This document shows positions 61,395 to 64,000 of a stretch of 64,000 nucleotides of DNA, piece after piece. The number at the start of each line of letters is the position of its first letter. The first letter of the stretch is position 1. The stretch covers positions 256,001 through 320,000 of the forward strand of contig CAVVNQ010000008.1 of assembly GCA_963749705.1 (NCBI GenBank), in the 5' to 3' direction. This DNA comes from an uncultured Chloroflexia bacterium (GTDB lineage Bacteria; Chloroflexota; Limnocylindria; Limnocylindrales; CSP1-4). Both the position numbers and the translations under genes were made by a program. The notes beneath the pieces are model-generated. The model saw only the letters and a program-made list of their open reading frames with translations, was not told the origin of the DNA and did not search any database.

Positions 61395-61765
61395 CGCACG
61401 GTTCCCGACTGGCGGGTCGTGGTCACGACCTTGACCCGCGGGGTCGGCGTCGGCGGGACCACGACCGATGCCTGCGGCGGTGCCGTCTGGCCCGGCTTGA
61501 GCATGACCACGCGCGTGACGTGGATCACGGACGGACCGGGCGTGGTCGCGTCGGTCAGGGCCGCGATGTCGGCGACGGTCGCCGGGGCCGGCGTGACGGA
61601 CGGGAGCATGGCGCTGGCGATCGCCGATGCCGAGGCGATCCCCGCCAGCCCGACGAGGAGCCGCAGCGGGTTGGCGTCGGGCTTCGCGCGCACCGGTCGC
61701 TCGCCGGGGACGGCCCGGGGTGGCCGGGCGGCGGGCATGGGCCGAGGCGTCGGCAGCTCGGGCAT
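61391..61765 (-). CDS. Small membrane-anchored Pro/Thr-rich protein
   Basis: One hydrophobic segment; C-terminus VVTTTRQSGTVR; coupled to apbE. Confidence 0.6.
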   Translation of the reverse strand: MPELPTPRPMPAARPPRAVPGERPVRAKPDANPLRLLVGLAGIASASAIASAMLPSVTPAPATVADIAALTDATTPGPSVIHVTRVVMLKPGQTAPPQASVVVPPTPTPRVKVVTTTRQSGTVR

Positions 61766-62052
61766 CAGTCGTCGCCCCCGCGCTCGTGCTCTCCGTCGTC
61801 GTCGCCCCGGCGCGAGGCGGTCGCCGGCTGGGTGACCGTGACCTCCTGCGGCGCCACGGGGGGCGCGACGTAGACCAGGTCGACCTGGAAGGTCGGCCCG
61901 GGGGCGGGGATGTCGGCCGTTGCGGCGGCCGGGACGACGGGCTCGGCGGCGGCCGGACCGGCGCCGGGCGTAACGCCCGCGACCACGAGGCCGACCGCAA
62001 GGGTCAGCGCGGCGACGAGCGAGCCGGCAAAGAGCGCAACTCGATGGATCAT
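61765..62052 (-). CDS. Small secreted protein with an acidic tail
   Basis: GGAGG RBS; signal or TM segment; GDDDGEHERGGDD tail. Confidence 0.6.
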   Translation of the reverse strand: MIHRVALFAGSLVAALTLAVGLVVAGVTPGAGPAAAEPVVPAAATADIPAPGPTFQVDLVYVAPPVAPQEVTVTQPATASRRGDDDGEHERGGDD

Positions 62053-62120
62053 GGCGTGAGGACCTCCGGGAGGTGGCGGTGACGTGCTGCGAGCATCGCC
62101 GCACAGGGCGCACCGAGCCG

Positions 62121-62140
62121 TGAGGTCCGGATGAGAATGC
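62121..62140 (-). promoter_or_regulatory. Putative OmpR/MprA-type direct-repeat box
   Basis: Minus strand reads TCTCA-N6-CCTCA (11-bp period), between the divergent operon and the response regulator. Confidence 0.45.
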
Positions 62141-62198
62141 CCACAGACAAGGCGTCCGGCCCTCGACCAACCACCGGATCGCCCGCACAATGCCGGCC

Positions 62199-62873
62199 AT
62201 GCGAGTCCTGGTGGTCGAAGACGAGCCCAAGATGGCGGCCCTCATCAAGCGGGTCCTCGTGGCCGAGCGCCACGTGGTGGACGTCGCGCCCGACGGGGTC
62301 GGCGCGATGGCGCTCGCCGAGACCGGGCCGCACGACGTCGTGATCCTCGACCGGATGCTCCCGGACATCGACGGGTTCACCGTGCTCCGGCTGCTGCGTG
62401 CCAAGGGGATCGAGACGCCCGTGCTCATGCTCACCGCGCTGGGGTCGGTGGACGACCGGGTGGCGGGCCTCGACGCCGGCGCCGACGACTACCTCGCCAA
62501 GCCGTTCGCGTTCTCGGAGCTGCTCGCCCGGATCCGCGCTCTCGCGCGCCGGCCCGCAGCCCCGGCCGACGCCCGCCTGGCCGCCGGCGACCTCGCCCTG
62601 GACGAGCTCCGGCACGTCGCGCTGGTGGGCGACCGGACGGTCGACCTGTCGGCCCGCGAGTTCGCGCTGCTGGGGTTCTTCATCCGCCACGCCGGCCAGG
62701 TCGTGACGCGCCAGCAGATCCTCGACCAGGTCTGGGGCGCGGAGCCGGACGTGTACTCCAACGTCGTCGACCTGTACGTGTCGTACCTGCGCAAGAAGCT
62801 GGGCGAGCTCGATCGCGCCGACCGGCTGCGAACCGTGCGCGGCGTCGGCTACACGCTGCGGGCGGCGGACTGA
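62199..62873 (+). CDS. OmpR-family response regulator
   Basis: VLVVEDE, ILDRMLP, GADDYLAKPF, YLRKKL, TVRGVGY. Confidence 0.95.
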   Translation: MRVLVVEDEPKMAALIKRVLVAERHVVDVAPDGVGAMALAETGPHDVVILDRMLPDIDGFTVLRLLRAKGIETPVLMLTALGSVDDRVAGLDAGADDYLAKPFAFSELLARIRALARRPAAPADARLAAGDLALDELRHVALVGDRTVDLSAREFALLGFFIRHAGQVVTRQQILDQVWGAEPDVYSNVVDLYVSYLRKKLGELDRADRLRTVRGVGYTLRAAD

Positions 62874-62878
62874 CCGGG

Positions 62879-64000
62879 GTGGCGATCAGCCCCACCGATC
62901 GGCTGCTGCGCGCCACGCGCCGCCGGCTGTTCGTCGTCACCCTGACGCTGCTCACGCTGCTGGTGGTGGGGGTCGGGGCGGCGACGGCCGTGATGGGCCT
63001 CAACGCGCTCGACGCGGACGTGGACCGGGCGCTCCAGGCGACCGTCGACGCGACCGTGGCCACGCTGTCCGGCGAGCTGCCGTCGAGCGATGAGGGCGGT
63101 GAGCCCGACGAGCAGCAGCCCGCCGCGGCGGACACCGTCCTGCTGGTCCTCGACCCGAACGGCGCGGTCGTCCAGAACCGCACGGGCAGCGCGGTCCCGG
63201 GTCTCCCCGATGCCGACGTCCTGCCCGCGGCGAGGACCGCGGGGCAGGACCTGCGGACGATCCGCGCGGGCGGCCACAGCCTGCGGCTGTTGACGGTGCC
63301 GCTGACGCACGACGGCGCGCTGGTCGGGTTCGTCCAGGGCGGGTTCATCCTCGACCTCCACGACAGCCAGTCGGACAGCCTCGTGCTCGCGGTGATCACG
63401 GTGGGCGCGATGGGCCTCGTCGCCGCGGCATTGATCACGCTCCTGGTCACCGGGCGGGCCCTGGTCCCGATCCGGGACGGCTTCGAGGCCCAGCGGCGGT
63501 TCGTCGCCGACGCCTCGCACGAGCTGCGGACCCCGGCCGCCCTGATCCGGGCCAACGCGGAGGTGCTCGAGCGCGAGCGCCTGGTGGCGGCGGACGGGGC
63601 CCCGCTCCTGTCCGACGTCATCGCCGAGGCCGATCGCCTGGGCGGCCTGGTCGGCGAGCTGCTCCAGCTGGCCGCCTGGGACGAGACGCGCACCACGCTG
63701 TCGCCCGTCTCACTGGATCTCGCGGCGCTGGCGGCCGAGGTCGTCCGTGGCGCGAGCGCGCTGGCCGCGGAGCGCGGCGTCCGGCTCGAGCTCGAGGCTC
63801 CCCGACCGGTGGCCGCGACCGCCGACCGGGGACGGCTCGTCCAGCTGCTGCTGATCCTGATCGACAACGCCATCGATCATTCGCCGGCCGATCACGTCGT
63901 CGGGGTCCGGGTCACGGGCGACGGCCGCAGCGCGGCCATCGAGGTGATGGACGACGGCCCAGGCATCCCCCAAGCCGAGCTGGAGCGGATCTTCGAGCCG
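62879..64000 (+). CDS. Sensor histidine kinase (runs off the window end)
   Basis: Two TM segments; FVADASHELRTP H-box, LIDNAIDH N-box, DDGPGI. Confidence 0.9.
   Translation, partial: MAISPTDRLLRATRRRLFVVTLTLLTLLVVGVGAATAVMGLNALDADVDRALQATVDATVATLSGELPSSDEGGEPDEQQPAAADTVLLVLDPNGAVVQNRTGSAVPGLPDADVLPAARTAGQDLRTIRAGGHSLRLLTVPLTHDGALVGFVQGGFILDLHDSQSDSLVLAVITVGAMGLVAAALITLLVTGRALVPIRDGFEAQRRFVADASHELRTPAALIRANAEVLERERLVAADGAPLLSDVIAEADRLGGLVGELLQLAAWDETRTTLSPVSLDLAALAAEVVRGASALAAERGVRLELEAPRPVAATADRGRLVQLLLILIDNAIDHSPADHVVGVRVTGDGRSAAIEVMDDGPGIPQAELERIFEP

Overview
High-GC bacterial DNA with no rRNA, tRNA or CRISPR array seen. Gene style suggests Chloroflexota (Limnocylindria-like) or Actinomycetota; this is inference only. 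Layout: (1) 0-8.3 kb, a NarX/NarL-type two-component system with downstream membrane and secreted genes. (2) 8.4-19 kb, a divergent purine-catabolism-like cluster: PreA/DHOD-like flavoprotein, a [2Fe-2S]-molybdopterin hydroxylase fused in frame to an SsnA-like amidohydrolase, two fold-type II PLP enzymes, an ATCase-like and a YgeW-like carbamoyltransferase. (3) About 20.9-36.7 kb, an accessory stretch of about 25 short, mostly unrelated ORFs, about 10 of them lipoproteins. It is punctuated by 9 clear copies plus 1 degenerate copy of a same-orientation 28-bp site, consensus CRGRTGACATT-CCCGAC-ACACATTGCGA, all at gene boundaries; three genes use the site's TGA as their stop codon. This looks like a gene-cassette array that is not built on integron attC sites and is the main candidate for a novel system. 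(4) 36.8-53.5 kb, housekeeping and metabolic genes including two DEAD-box helicases, a GcvT-like/CrtI-like pair, an acyl-ACP desaturase and a HipA-like/DUF3037 pair; three genes carry probable sequencing frameshifts. (5) 54.6-58.1 kb, a 3.3-kb islet (ECF sigma, anti-sigma-like protein, AAA ATPase) bounded by a perfect 70-bp duplication of part of a SemiSWEET gene, with two alternative 3' ends. (6) 59.7-64 kb, an ApbE/ferric-reductase flavinylation operon with a divergent OmpR-type two-component system. All product calls come from motif recognition by eye; no database searches were run.
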